From assembly GCA_041688155.1 (NCBI GenBank), contig JBDNIW010000014.1, positions 9,517 through 73,516 of the forward strand: 64,000 bases of DNA. The letters are read 5' to 3'. The notes under the pieces were generated by a model that was given only the letters and a program-made list of their open reading frames with translations, was not told the DNA's origin and searched no databases. Below are positions 39,799 to 49,538 of this stretch, piece after piece (the first letter of the stretch is position 1; every line of letters starts with the position of its first letter). The position numbers and the translations under genes are program-made. Origin of the DNA: Minisyncoccota bacterium. Lineage in GTDB: Bacteria; Patescibacteriota; Minisyncoccia; Phycocordibacterales; UBA918.

Positions 39799-40941
39799 AT
39801 GCAACTATTCGCGCAATCCGGGTCACGTCAGCTTGATCCAGTCCAGCGGTTTTCGATGTTGCTGATGTCAGTGCTGGTATTGTTGACGTTTGTTGGGACC
39901 AACATGCAGGCGTTACTGTGGCAGTCGTCTGACTGGTTGGTGTCAACGGTGCTGCCAGCGGTGGTGATTGATCTGACTAATAATGAACGACTGGACAACG
40001 CTCGTCCGCAGCTCTCTCGTAACACCATACTCGATCAGGCGGCCACCGCCAAAGCCCAGCATATGGCTGACAATGAGTATTTTGCTCATTTTGCCCCTGA
40101 CGGCACAACGCCGTGGGAATTCTTCCAGTCTGCTGGCTATGTCTATGCCCACGCGGGTGAGAACCTCGCTATCCACTTTACCGACTCGGCCGAAGTGGTC
40201 GAGGCCTGGATGTTGTCACCAGCACACCGGAAAAACATCGTTGACCCCAAATTCCGGGAAATCGGCGTTGGTACGGCGCGCGGGACATTTGACGGCTATG
40301 ACACGGTGTACGTGGTGCAGCTGTTTGGGACACCAGCGGCAACTCCAACTCCAACTCTACCAGTAGTAGTGTCCGCACCAGCCCCAGTGGTCGTCGCTGC
40401 GCTGCCAGCCCCGGTTGGTATACTCCCGGTTGAGCCGGTGGCGGTCCTAGAACCAGTATCGGACGTGGTGCTTGATAGTAGCGAGCCGACCACTATCGCT
40501 GACGGAGTAGTACTCGCCGAGGCTGACCCAGTGGTGCGGCGTAGCACGCTCGAACCAACCGAAATCCTCCCGGCACCAGTTGAAACTGCAATAGTACCAC
40601 CAGTTGACCCAGTGCTGATAACCACCGTGACAGAGCGGGGTGTGTTGGTGGAAACACAGCTAGCGACCTCGTCCGGGCTGGCGGTGGCCACTATGGTTGA
40701 AGCATCATCGTCCCACGCTGGTGCGACGATGGCGTCTATTGTGACCCGACCGAACTTGGTGCTGCAGATTCTGTACGGAATGGTGGCGTCGCTGATTGTG
40801 GTGTCGCTGCTGTACGCACTGATTGTCGACGTCAGGCGCCTGCACTACGTGCAGGTTAGCTACAGTTTATTGCTGCTGGTAGTTATGGGTGGGTTGTGGT
40901 TCCTGCACACGTCACTTACCAGCGGAGCAGTAATCGTGTAG
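39799..40941 (+). CDS. CAP (SCP/PR-1, YkwD-like) domain protein with Pro/Val-rich linker and C-terminal TM anchor
   Basis: 'AQHMADNEYFAHFAPDG...HAGENLAIHF...SPAHRKNIVDPKFREIGVG' CAP signature. Confidence 0.75.
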   Translation: MQLFAQSGSRQLDPVQRFSMLLMSVLVLLTFVGTNMQALLWQSSDWLVSTVLPAVVIDLTNNERLDNARPQLSRNTILDQAATAKAQHMADNEYFAHFAPDGTTPWEFFQSAGYVYAHAGENLAIHFTDSAEVVEAWMLSPAHRKNIVDPKFREIGVGTARGTFDGYDTVYVVQLFGTPAATPTPTLPVVVSAPAPVVVAALPAPVGILPVEPVAVLEPVSDVVLDSSEPTTIADGVVLAEADPVVRRSTLEPTEILPAPVETAIVPPVDPVLITTVTERGVLVETQLATSSGLAVATMVEASSSHAGATMASIVTRPNLVLQILYGMVASLIVVSLLYALIVDVRRLHYVQVSYSLLLLVVMGGLWFLHTSLTSGAVIV

Positions 40942-40954
40942 TATCAGCCTATAT

Positions 40955-41392
40955 ATGTCAGACACCATTATTACCGCCATCTCACCGGCGGCCGAGAGTA
41001 CAGTCAAGCAGTTGGCACCGCTCTATCAGTCGCAGCCAGCGGCCGGGTTTCCGTCGCCGGGTGATGATCTGGTCGAGCAGCCGCTTGACCTGAATGACCT
41101 GATGATCGACAACCCGACGGCGACGTTTTTTGTCCGGGTGTCCGGTGACTCGATGGAAGGAGCTCGGATATTTGCCGGTGACGTGCTGGTGGTGGATCGC
41201 TCGATTGAGGCTCGAGCGGGGATGATTGTCGTGGCTGCTGTCTACGGTGAACTGGTCGTCAAACGACTACAAAAAACCGCCACCGGCCTGGCTCTTTGCT
41301 CAGAACAAGCAGGATATGAGCCGATTTTGATCGATGACACTGAGGGGTGTTTTATCTGGGGTGTGGCCACCGGCAGTGCACGGGTGTTCTAG
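40955..41392 (+). CDS. umuD: UmuD-like S24 peptidase (translesion polymerase accessory / LexA-like)
   Basis: 'VSGDSMEG' Ser nucleophile and 'VVKRL' Lys dyad; 145 aa. Confidence 0.8.
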   Translation: MSDTIITAISPAAESTVKQLAPLYQSQPAAGFPSPGDDLVEQPLDLNDLMIDNPTATFFVRVSGDSMEGARIFAGDVLVVDRSIEARAGMIVVAAVYGELVVKRLQKTATGLALCSEQAGYEPILIDDTEGCFIWGVATGSARVF

Positions 41393-41433
41393 GTGGACTG
41401 AAAGAAAGCCTCAGCGGCAACGTCATAAGCAGT

Positions 41434-42630
41434 ATGAAAGCCCCTAGTGTCAACCTGACCCTCCACCTGGCCCTGCTCGCGTATCTGTGTGTGGCGTTAT
41501 TTGTGCCGCAGCCGGCGCACGCTGCTAACCTTGACGTCGGCGTCTGGATTCCTTGGTGGGCAGATGAAGCCGGGACCGCCAGTGCGCTTACAAACATCGA
41601 TGACATAGACATCATCTATCCGTTTGTCTATGAGGTTTCCGCCAGTGGCAAACTGATCAATCGGGTTGATTTTAATGATAACCACTGGGAAGAGTTGTTT
41701 GATGAAGCGCGGGACGAACGGGTGGACATTATCCCAACCATCGCCTGGTTTAAGGGGCAGGAGATACACGACGTATTAAGCAGTCGAACTAAACGCAAGG
41801 CGCACATAGCTGACATCGTCGCGATGGTCAAAAAGTACGATTTTGATGGGGTGAACATCGACTATGAATCAAAATTAGGAAAGACAATTGACGATTACTC
41901 CATTTTTCTTAAAGAACTCAACCGAGCGCTCGGGCGGCGTGACTTGACCTGTACGATTGAAGCGAGGACACCACCAGAGTCGCTCTATCACGTCGTGCCA
42001 GCCAACATTCAGTACGCCAACGACTATCAAGCGATCAACCGTCACTGCGACTGGGTCGAAATCATGGCCTACGACCAGCAGCGGGCAGACATCAAGCTCA
42101 ACGACGCGCGACGAGGAGTACCCTACGCACCGGTAGCCGATATCGACTGGGTCGAGAAAGTAGTTGAACTGGCGCTGCAGGACATCGATGCGGACAAGAT
42201 CCTCTTGGGGGTAGCGACCTACGGTCGAGCGTGGGATGTCACTGTCGCACCTGATTGGTACAAAGGCTACCAGTCAGTCGCCTCTCTCAACCAACCGCGC
42301 ATCCTAGAGTTGGCCCAAAAATACAACGCCCCAATTGGTCGGGCTGCGAGTGGGGAAGCGGTTATCAGCTATTTCCCCGATGACTCGGTCTGGCGGGTGT
42401 TGGACGCTCTGCCGACCCCAGCCGGCACACCAAAAGGCTACGAAGCAGCCGCCAAGGCCCTGCTGGTCGCAAACTATGCCAACATTGAAGTCCCCGTGCG
42501 ATTTGTCAGCTGGAGCGACGTAACTGCTATCGGTGACAAATTAGACCTGGCTAAGCGGTACAACCTCAAAGGGGTCGCCGTGTTTAAGGTGGACGGTGAA
42601 GAAGATCCCGGTATCTGGAAGCAGATCTAA
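41434..42630 (+). CDS. glycoside hydrolase family 18 (chitinase / peptidoglycan-hydrolase-like), secreted
   Basis: signal peptide; 'DGVNIDYE' matches the GH18 DGxDxDxE catalytic motif. Confidence 0.8.
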   Translation: MKAPSVNLTLHLALLAYLCVALFVPQPAHAANLDVGVWIPWWADEAGTASALTNIDDIDIIYPFVYEVSASGKLINRVDFNDNHWEELFDEARDERVDIIPTIAWFKGQEIHDVLSSRTKRKAHIADIVAMVKKYDFDGVNIDYESKLGKTIDDYSIFLKELNRALGRRDLTCTIEARTPPESLYHVVPANIQYANDYQAINRHCDWVEIMAYDQQRADIKLNDARRGVPYAPVADIDWVEKVVELALQDIDADKILLGVATYGRAWDVTVAPDWYKGYQSVASLNQPRILELAQKYNAPIGRAASGEAVISYFPDDSVWRVLDALPTPAGTPKGYEAAAKALLVANYANIEVPVRFVSWSDVTAIGDKLDLAKRYNLKGVAVFKVDGEEDPGIWKQI

Positions 42631-42649
42631 CTACAATCCATACCGACCA

Positions 42650-42675
42650 AAACCCGACAAAACGTCGGGTTTTGG
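42650..42675 (+). terminator. rho-independent terminator between GH18 gene and umuC
   Basis: cccgac-aaaac-gtcggg then TTTT. Confidence 0.7.
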
Positions 42676-42687
42676 TATACTAGTTGG

Positions 42688-43938
42688 ATGAAGAAACAAC
42701 CGATAGCGCTCCTTGATTGCAACAATTTTTTTGTTTCGTGCGAACGATTGTTCCGCCCAGATTTGCTGGGCAAACCGGTACTAGTCCTATCGTCCAACGA
42801 CGGCTGTGTGGTGGCACGGTCCCAAGAGGTAAAGGACATAGGAATCACCATGGGTGTCCCTTACTTTCAGATAAAGGACATAATCAAACAGCACGACGTG
42901 CAGATATTTTCGGGTCACCTGGCACTCTACCGTGACGTATCACGCCGTGTCTTTGAAGTCCTGCACGACTGTGTCGATGTGGTGGAGCAATACTCAGTAG
43001 ATGAGGCTTTCTTTGTTATTCCACCCGACACCGACGTCGAGGTATTTATTGCGACCGTTAAGCAGCGGGTAGAGCAGGCTGTCGGCATCCCGGTATCAAT
43101 CGGCGTAGGGTTATCAAAGACACAAGCTAAGTGCGCCGGCGCTCTAGCCAAAAAGACAAACGGGCTACACGTGCTGACCGAGCAGTCGTGGCCAGACGTT
43201 GCGGCGAGCCTTCCGATTAGTTCCGTCTGGGGTGTCGGTCGTGGGTTGTCGGCCAAGTTCACTGGGCATGGGATCAAGAGTGTGGCCGACTTACTAGCGG
43301 CGCCGACCTATCAGATTGGGGTATTGTTCGGGGTAGTAGGGAAGCGGTTACAGGCAGAGTTGTCTGGAACCAGCTGTGATCCAGTGGCGCAAAAACGGAT
43401 GTTACAGAAAAGTCTCATGAGCACCCGATCGTTTGCTACCAGTACGGAAAGCAAGGACGTTTTATACGATGCGGCCGCGTATCATGCGCGACATATTGCG
43501 GCTGACCTGCGGTTGATGGGAGCTGCGGTTGTAGCGTTGCAAGTGTCTATTCGGGCCAGCCGCCACGGGGACTTTTTTTTGCGTGGTGGCACCAGAGAAG
43601 TTGTATTTACCGTGCCAACCAACGACACATTTACCCTTACAAACGCTGCCGAATCTGGGATAGATGCACTCTACGAAGCTGGTGTGCCATATCAAAAAGT
43701 GGGGGTATCAGTGGTGGGAATCACGGCCCAATCAGCCGTCCCGCACACGTTATTTGCAACCGATATGACTGACAACACACCGCTACTTGAAGCCATGGAT
43801 GCCATCAACCTGGCTGCCGGTAGCGAGGTGATCACCATCGGCAGCCGACTCAAAACCAAGTCCTGGCAAGCTCGCTCTGACAGACGGTCTCCAGCTTATA
43901 CGACGCGGTGGTCCGACATCGCCACTGTATCTGCCTAG
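42688..43938 (+). CDS. umuC: Y-family DNA polymerase UmuC/DinB-like
   Basis: 'IALLDCNNFFVSCERLFRPDL', 'SVDEAFF' catalytic carboxylates; 416 aa. Confidence 0.85.
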   Translation: MKKQPIALLDCNNFFVSCERLFRPDLLGKPVLVLSSNDGCVVARSQEVKDIGITMGVPYFQIKDIIKQHDVQIFSGHLALYRDVSRRVFEVLHDCVDVVEQYSVDEAFFVIPPDTDVEVFIATVKQRVEQAVGIPVSIGVGLSKTQAKCAGALAKKTNGLHVLTEQSWPDVAASLPISSVWGVGRGLSAKFTGHGIKSVADLLAAPTYQIGVLFGVVGKRLQAELSGTSCDPVAQKRMLQKSLMSTRSFATSTESKDVLYDAAAYHARHIAADLRLMGAAVVALQVSIRASRHGDFFLRGGTREVVFTVPTNDTFTLTNAAESGIDALYEAGVPYQKVGVSVVGITAQSAVPHTLFATDMTDNTPLLEAMDAINLAAGSEVITIGSRLKTKSWQARSDRRSPAYTTRWSDIATVSA

Positions 43939-44289
43939 CAGTCCTAGGACACGTTATGGACATTTGTACTTAATCCAGTCGAGCTGACAGGTCTTTGACT
44001 TTAAACAAAAACCTAGTAAACACAGGCTCGCAATCAGACAAAGCAGACAGCGTTTTGAGGTTATCAACAGTTGATCTCGGACAGAGTTTCTGAGACAACG
44101 TACAATGCAGGCAGATCAGAAGAAGAAGGTGCCAAAAATGTAACGGCTGAGATTTTCTCTCATAATAAAAAAGATTTGGTAGCCGTCTCCACAGAATCTT
44201 CTTCTGAGCCAGTTCAAGCGTTTAGTACAACGACCACTCGAGCGATAAGTTATTCAACAAAAGAATAAATATACGAAAACATGTTTGTA

Positions 44290-45043
44290 TGCAACTAATC
44301 AAGTTGGTGTTACGCAACCAGTGGTCGCGACACTAGTTGCATATGCAGTTGTGATGGCAACCATCGGGTTCTAAAACAAAGCACAAACAGCTAACCTTCT
44401 AAATGTAGCTAACACTGACTGACTCAGCTCCGTCGGCGCTATCTAGTCACTCATTTGCCTTTACCGTTCCACTAACTGGAGCTACAGCAATTGTACCAGG
44501 TGACACTACAACAGTTGCATTCAATGCATTGTTTAAGGGGTTGGAGACGTAGTAGACGGTGACGAAATTGTAACGGCAAATGGAACAGACGAATCAGCAG
44601 CCGCTACAGTAGTTGGCGCTGGTTCAAACGTCACTGTGACAGGGATTACAGTGACGGCGGGGCAAGAAGTCGTAGTCGCAATTGCAGACACAAGGATTAC
44701 TAACCCTGCTAAAGTTAGGGCTGACGGTATAGGTGACTTGTATGAGTTTACTATCAGCAACGCTAACGATACCGCTAAAACTCGAGTTGTTATCATTGAT
44801 ACAGCTAGGTTCATTGCGCAACAGCTAAATGTTACAACCAACGCACGTCACGGGTTTGTCGTATCAGTCGAAAAAGATGCACCTTTGCAATCATCAACTG
44901 GAGCAGATATTGATGAGTTCGTTGACAGTGCCGATGATGTTGAGCAGACAGTTGTTGGGTTCAAAATTGAAGCCTCATCACTCCAAGAAGCGGGAGATGA
45001 CTGCAATACAACCTTGACATACATTGCCACTCCTAGCTTCTAA
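44290..45043 (+). pseudogene. decayed paralog (A1) of surface protein 49539-50681
   Basis: multi-frame remnants: signal-peptide-like 'VTQPVVATLVAYAVVMATIGF', 'LTDSAPSALSSHSFAFTVPLTGATAIVPGDTTTVAF', and ORF 44636-45043 ending '...LQEAGDDCNTTLTYIATPSF' (vs '...LQEAADDYTATLTYVATPVF'). Confidence 0.7.
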
Positions 45044-45186
45044 CTACTGACAATTAGGCGCAGTAATAAGGTACAAAAGACTTCCTCCGGGGAGTTTTTT
45101 GTTGGTTCCAGAATGTCAGCTGTTAAGAAGCCAATTTGCGTACTGACACCTTTGGTAAACTAGATTATTAGTTATTACTTATTTGT

Positions 45187-46251
45187 ATGTCGATTCTGAA
45201 ACAAACTTTGTCCGTAGGGTTATTCGTAGCTCTTGTGTCTGTCTTACTGCCACAGGTTGGTCTTGCCCAGAATGGTGCAGGGGTGCGTATTTCGCCAGCG
45301 GTGATTGAAGAAACCCTTGATCCGGGTACTACAAAAATATACACATTTTCGGTTGAGAACCTCAATGCAAGTGAGCAGCACTATTCTCTCTTTACTAGAA
45401 ATATTAGTGATGTGGCTCCCGGTGGCGCGCCGATTTTTGCTGATTCCAATCAGGAAGTGACGGGGTTTGATTTGGTAGACTGGATAACTCTGCCCATCAA
45501 CGAATTATTGTTAGCACCCGGTGAGCAACGGTTAATCGACTTTACAATTAATGTACCTGCAGACGCATCACCAGGAAGTCACTTTGGAGGGGTGTTTGTC
45601 ACAGCTGACCCGCCAAAGTTTGAGAATAGTGGAGCTGCTGTCGGGTATCAAGTAGCAAACATCGTTAGTATTCGGGTGTCAGGTGAGGCGGTAGAGACTG
45701 CCAGCATTCGGCAATTTTCGACAGGTAAGTTTTTGTACGGATCACAAAACGTCGATTTCAATGTTCGAATCGAGAACGCTGGTAATGTACTTGTGCGCCC
45801 AATTGGACCACTTGAAATCTACAACTCACTAGGTAAGAAAGTGGGCGACGTACTATTTAACGAGGGTCGCGCTGGTGTATTTCCAGGAAAAACTCGCGAG
45901 TTCGACAACATCACATGGATAGGAGATTCAGTCGGGTTTGGTCGCTACGAAGCAGTGTTGAGTGCTGTGTATGGTGATGATGGTACCCGTAAGACGATGA
46001 GTAGCACAGTGACGTTCTGGGTACTACCGCTCAGTATCATTGGTCCAGCGGCAGCTGTTCTGGGCGTACTTCTGATTGCAACGGTAGTTGGTGTTCGAAT
46101 CTATATCAATCGAGCGTTGGCTCAAATGACAACAGGCCGACGGTTGATCAGTCGAAAACAAAAAAAGACATCCAATACATTACCGTTAGTGGTCGCTATA
46201 CTGACCGTACTAGCACTGTTCTTACTTGCTATGTTAGTACTGTTTGCGTAG
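45187..46251 (+). CDS. cell-surface protein: signal peptide, beta-sandwich (DUF916/Ig-like?) ectodomain, C-terminal TM anchor with basic tail
   Basis: 'MSILKQTLSVGLFVALVSVLLPQVGLA'; C-terminal two hydrophobic helices flanking 'RALAQMTTGRRLISRKQKK'. Confidence 0.5.
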   Translation: MSILKQTLSVGLFVALVSVLLPQVGLAQNGAGVRISPAVIEETLDPGTTKIYTFSVENLNASEQHYSLFTRNISDVAPGGAPIFADSNQEVTGFDLVDWITLPINELLLAPGEQRLIDFTINVPADASPGSHFGGVFVTADPPKFENSGAAVGYQVANIVSIRVSGEAVETASIRQFSTGKFLYGSQNVDFNVRIENAGNVLVRPIGPLEIYNSLGKKVGDVLFNEGRAGVFPGKTREFDNITWIGDSVGFGRYEAVLSAVYGDDGTRKTMSSTVTFWVLPLSIIGPAAAVLGVLLIATVVGVRIYINRALAQMTTGRRLISRKQKKTSNTLPLVVAILTVLALFLLAMLVLFA

Positions 46252-46272
46252 GTTACTTGCTATACTTAAAAA

Positions 46273-46698
46273 ATGGACCAATCACTTTTGTATAGAAGTT
46301 TGCTACGAGTGTCCGTAGTAGTGACAGCGATTGTTCTTCTGTTCCAAAGTGGTTTAGTTGATGATCGAACGACGGTTGTGTTTCTGGATGCGACCGAGAA
46401 CCTGCAGGCGATGGTCGGACTGTCTATGTCGGTTGCTCCAACCGAGATCACTTTATTTACAGCTGAATTAACCAAACGGCAGCAACTTCTCAATGCTCGC
46501 GAAGAGACAATCGCGTCACGCGAGAATGAACTAGGGCTAACTGGGGGATCAACTCAAAACAACACCGAAACTACTACGTATATACTGGCGGCAATACTGT
46601 TAATTCAGCTTATTTTATTAATCTTAAACTATCTATTGGATTATGTACGCTCAAGAGAAAACCAGGTGAATCCAATAGATGGACCGGTTCCAAATTAG
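46273..46698 (+). CDS. hypothetical small membrane protein
   Basis: N-terminal TM helix, coiled-coil middle, C-terminal TM helix. Confidence 0.4.
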   Translation: MDQSLLYRSLLRVSVVVTAIVLLFQSGLVDDRTTVVFLDATENLQAMVGLSMSVAPTEITLFTAELTKRQQLLNAREETIASRENELGLTGGSTQNNTETTTYILAAILLIQLILLILNYLLDYVRSRENQVNPIDGPVPN

Positions 46699-47024
46699 TG
46701 GACTCCGCACCTTTAAGCAGCCTCCATACAGCATAATAGTTACAATGATCGCTTTGCTTACTTGGTTTTCAATGATATGTGCTGCTTTGTTTTTGCTTGG
46801 CTGTGAATCCACAGCCAGCAACAGCTGCAAATATTGGATATTTCAGCGACGTGCTGAGTGATTCTGGATCATCACAGCAAGCAAATCACACGTTTAAGTT
46901 TAGACCTACTATGGCTATTACTCCAGGTTCCTACCTGGAAGTTGACTTTCCGGCAGATTTTATAATTACCGAGGCAACGTCCACTTTCTTGTATCGTAGC
47001 GTCGAGCTATACATCAATGTATGA
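46690..47024 (+). pseudogene. frameshifted N-terminal fragment (A2) of the surface-protein A family
   Basis: signal-peptide ORF (46679-46861) switches frame into 'AVNPQPATAANIGYFSDVLSDSGSS...EVDFPADF', matching 'AEAANVTTFSNTLSDSAPT...TFDAGF' of the intact copy; stops at 47024. Confidence 0.6.
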
Positions 47025-47286
47025 GTTTTACGGAATTGGAAAAAACGCTGATGTCCCACTATCACCCGGCCTTAACCGAGATGGGTCTGTTAACCTGATC
47101 GACTTCTCGATTCTGTTCCTCTGGTGACAACCCTGTGCCGCAAAATCCTCTATGCAACAATATTCAAAAGGCTTATATTTTATTTATTGTAATAATCTGT
47201 TTGGTAGTATGAGTTTGAGTAATCTATCAAGTGCACTCTGTGGGTAAACGCATATTGTGGTTTTGTTACGCGTATAATAAAGTTGC

Positions 47287-47763
47287 ATGGTCTTTCTACA
47301 AAGATTGAAAACTAGAGGTGTTCATAACCAGGACACTAGTCTGTTATCCGAGGTGGAAGTAACTGCAGTAGACGGAATCGCTCAACTACACGTTGATGTA
47401 TATCAGACTGAGCGCATGATCGTTATCTACGCTCAGTCTGCTGGTGCAGACATGAACGATATGCATGTCTCTATCGAAGGTGACGCTGACATCGTCTTGA
47501 TTGAAGGGAAACGAATCCGTCCTGAGTACATCGCCTTTCCGCGCAAAAAACTTACCGGTTCGTACGTAGCGCAAGAGTGTGTGTGGGGAGATTTCTACCG
47601 CAGAATTATCCTGCCAGAGAGTGTCAACATTCAAGAGGCTGAAGCCAAAATTAAGAACGGTGTATTGATACTTTTATTGCCGCTACATAAACCAAATGAA
47701 AAAGAAAAAGTCACGTTACAAGTAAAAGGAGGTCACAAAGATCCAGTCAAGAAACGCAAATAA
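47287..47763 (+). CDS. Hsp20/alpha-crystallin family small heat-shock protein
   Basis: alpha-crystallin domain 'GDFYRRIILPESVNIQEAEAKIKNGVLILLLP'. Confidence 0.8.
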   Translation: MVFLQRLKTRGVHNQDTSLLSEVEVTAVDGIAQLHVDVYQTERMIVIYAQSAGADMNDMHVSIEGDADIVLIEGKRIRPEYIAFPRKKLTGSYVAQECVWGDFYRRIILPESVNIQEAEAKIKNGVLILLLPLHKPNEKEKVTLQVKGGHKDPVKKRK

Positions 47764-47764
47764 T

Positions 47765-48904
47765 ATGACACTACCAACCCAGTTCTTTCGGCCCTTTATA
47801 AAATTATTCACACTAACGGGATTGCTGATAAGTTCAGCCTCTTTCGTCCTGGCGGCAAACTTGGTTGTTTCCCCTGCAAGTGGTGGTTTTTCTGCTGAGC
47901 AGACATTTACAGCCACAGTCCCGACGGTTCCTGGGAGTGATGACTCGATTATTTTTGAAGCCCCACCTCGGCAGCCAGAGTTTGGCTCACCGCTATTTTT
48001 AGATCCTGAGATATGGTACAGAAAACTCGATGGAGTATTTAGCTGGACGTTACCATTTGACGTAACAGCCCTAGCGATTGAGGTGTCAGACGACCCGATG
48101 AACGTCCCTCAGGACAACCCAGATGCAATTGTCAAACCACCAGACGAAGCATTTGTCGTCAGTGCTGAAAACATAAAAGACGGGATACAGTACATCAGTA
48201 TCAACTTTGAAAACCAAGTAGGTTGGGGTGCTGTCCTGAACCGACCCTTAAAAATCGATACAACTGCGCCGCTACCGTTTTTAGTAAATGTAACTCCTGG
48301 TTCATCAGCTGATTTCTTCCCGTTATTGAACTTTAACGCCAATGATGAGACATCAGGAATAGATTTCTACCAGATAACAATCGCTGACAAGGAACCTATC
48401 AAGGTAACCCCTGATGAGGCAGCAATCGGCTATTTGTTGCGGGAGCTTGAAGACGGTACTTATACAGTCTCTGTGGTCGCTCATGACATGGCTGGTAATA
48501 CTCGACAATCGAGCGCAGCGGTGCTGATCACTTCAGGTTGGACGAAGCCAATAGAGGTAGAAGATGCAGGTAGTATTTGTGACTTCTTTACCGGAGCTAA
48601 TATACTAATCTTCTTTCTCTCATTGATGGTTGCTCTTCTGGTTATCTATGTTTGGTACGAACATAAAGTCCTGCACGCCAAAGAGGAAAAACTCAGACGT
48701 GAAACGAGAGAGATTCAAGACCAAATGGAAAAGATATTCTCCGCTCTGCGGGACGAGATCTATGATCAGATCAACCATATAACCAAGCGGAAACGCATGT
48801 CGGCTAAGGAAAAAGAAGCGGTCGAAAGCCTCACCCAAGCCCTCGAAGTCTCCGAGATCTTGATTGAGAAGGAAATCAGTGATGTGAAGTCAATTCTGCG
48901 CTAA
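47765..48904 (+). CDS. surface protein family B (B1, intact): signal peptide, Ig-like ectodomain, TM, coiled-coil cytoplasmic tail
   Basis: 'MTLPTQFFRPFIKLFTLTGLLISSASFVLA'; TM 'ILIFFLSLMVALLVIYVW'; K/E-rich tail. Confidence 0.55.
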   Translation: MTLPTQFFRPFIKLFTLTGLLISSASFVLAANLVVSPASGGFSAEQTFTATVPTVPGSDDSIIFEAPPRQPEFGSPLFLDPEIWYRKLDGVFSWTLPFDVTALAIEVSDDPMNVPQDNPDAIVKPPDEAFVVSAENIKDGIQYISINFENQVGWGAVLNRPLKIDTTAPLPFLVNVTPGSSADFFPLLNFNANDETSGIDFYQITIADKEPIKVTPDEAAIGYLLRELEDGTYTVSVVAHDMAGNTRQSSAAVLITSGWTKPIEVEDAGSICDFFTGANILIFFLSLMVALLVIYVWYEHKVLHAKEEKLRRETREIQDQMEKIFSALRDEIYDQINHITKRKRMSAKEKEAVESLTQALEVSEILIEKEISDVKSILR

Positions 48905-48917
48905 AATAGCTCAAAAT

Positions 48918-48959
48918 AAGTATAACGCGCACTCACATAGGTGAGTGCGCGTTATACTT
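48918..48959 (+). terminator. perfect 19-bp stem hairpin (terminator-like) after B1 gene
   Basis: aagtataacgcgcactcac-atag-gtgagtgcgcgttatactt. Confidence 0.55.
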
Positions 48960-49538
48960 ATACCTGACTGCAAACTCTTTTGAGCTGCGGGTAATATAAT
49001 GTTACCGGTACAAAAAAGTAAAAGAAAATACTACGGTTCTCCGTGATGCGAGTGTTGCATGTTTGTCGCTGGAGTTGATGAGGAGTAGTCCGGTAAACTT
49101 TTTGGTTACCCATTGGAATTATGTCTCCCTGAGCGTGCCGTCAAAAAGAGCGCCTTGTTGTTTTTTTCCACCCATAGACCTCCTTACCAACTCGCATCTT
49201 GCTCTAAAAGAATCAGTGAAAATAACGAAATAGACCCTAATCCCGCAGATTGCCTGGCAATCTGCGGGATTATTTGTGTATAAACAAACTCTTAGTTATA
49301 CGGGCAGCGTATACTGCATATGTATCCGCATTGGAGGTAAACCATTTAGTGATTACCGAGCGTACGTAATTTCTACGTACGCGTGCAGTTCAGCCGACTG
49401 TGTCAAGGTGGGTACGTTTACAGTAATTATTTTATAGCTGGGTGTGGAGACTCAGCTATAGTGAGCTGTAGTAATACAGCTCACCTTGTGACGCACTACG
49501 TCAACAGGTGCTGTGAGCTAAATACAACGTAGAGTACT

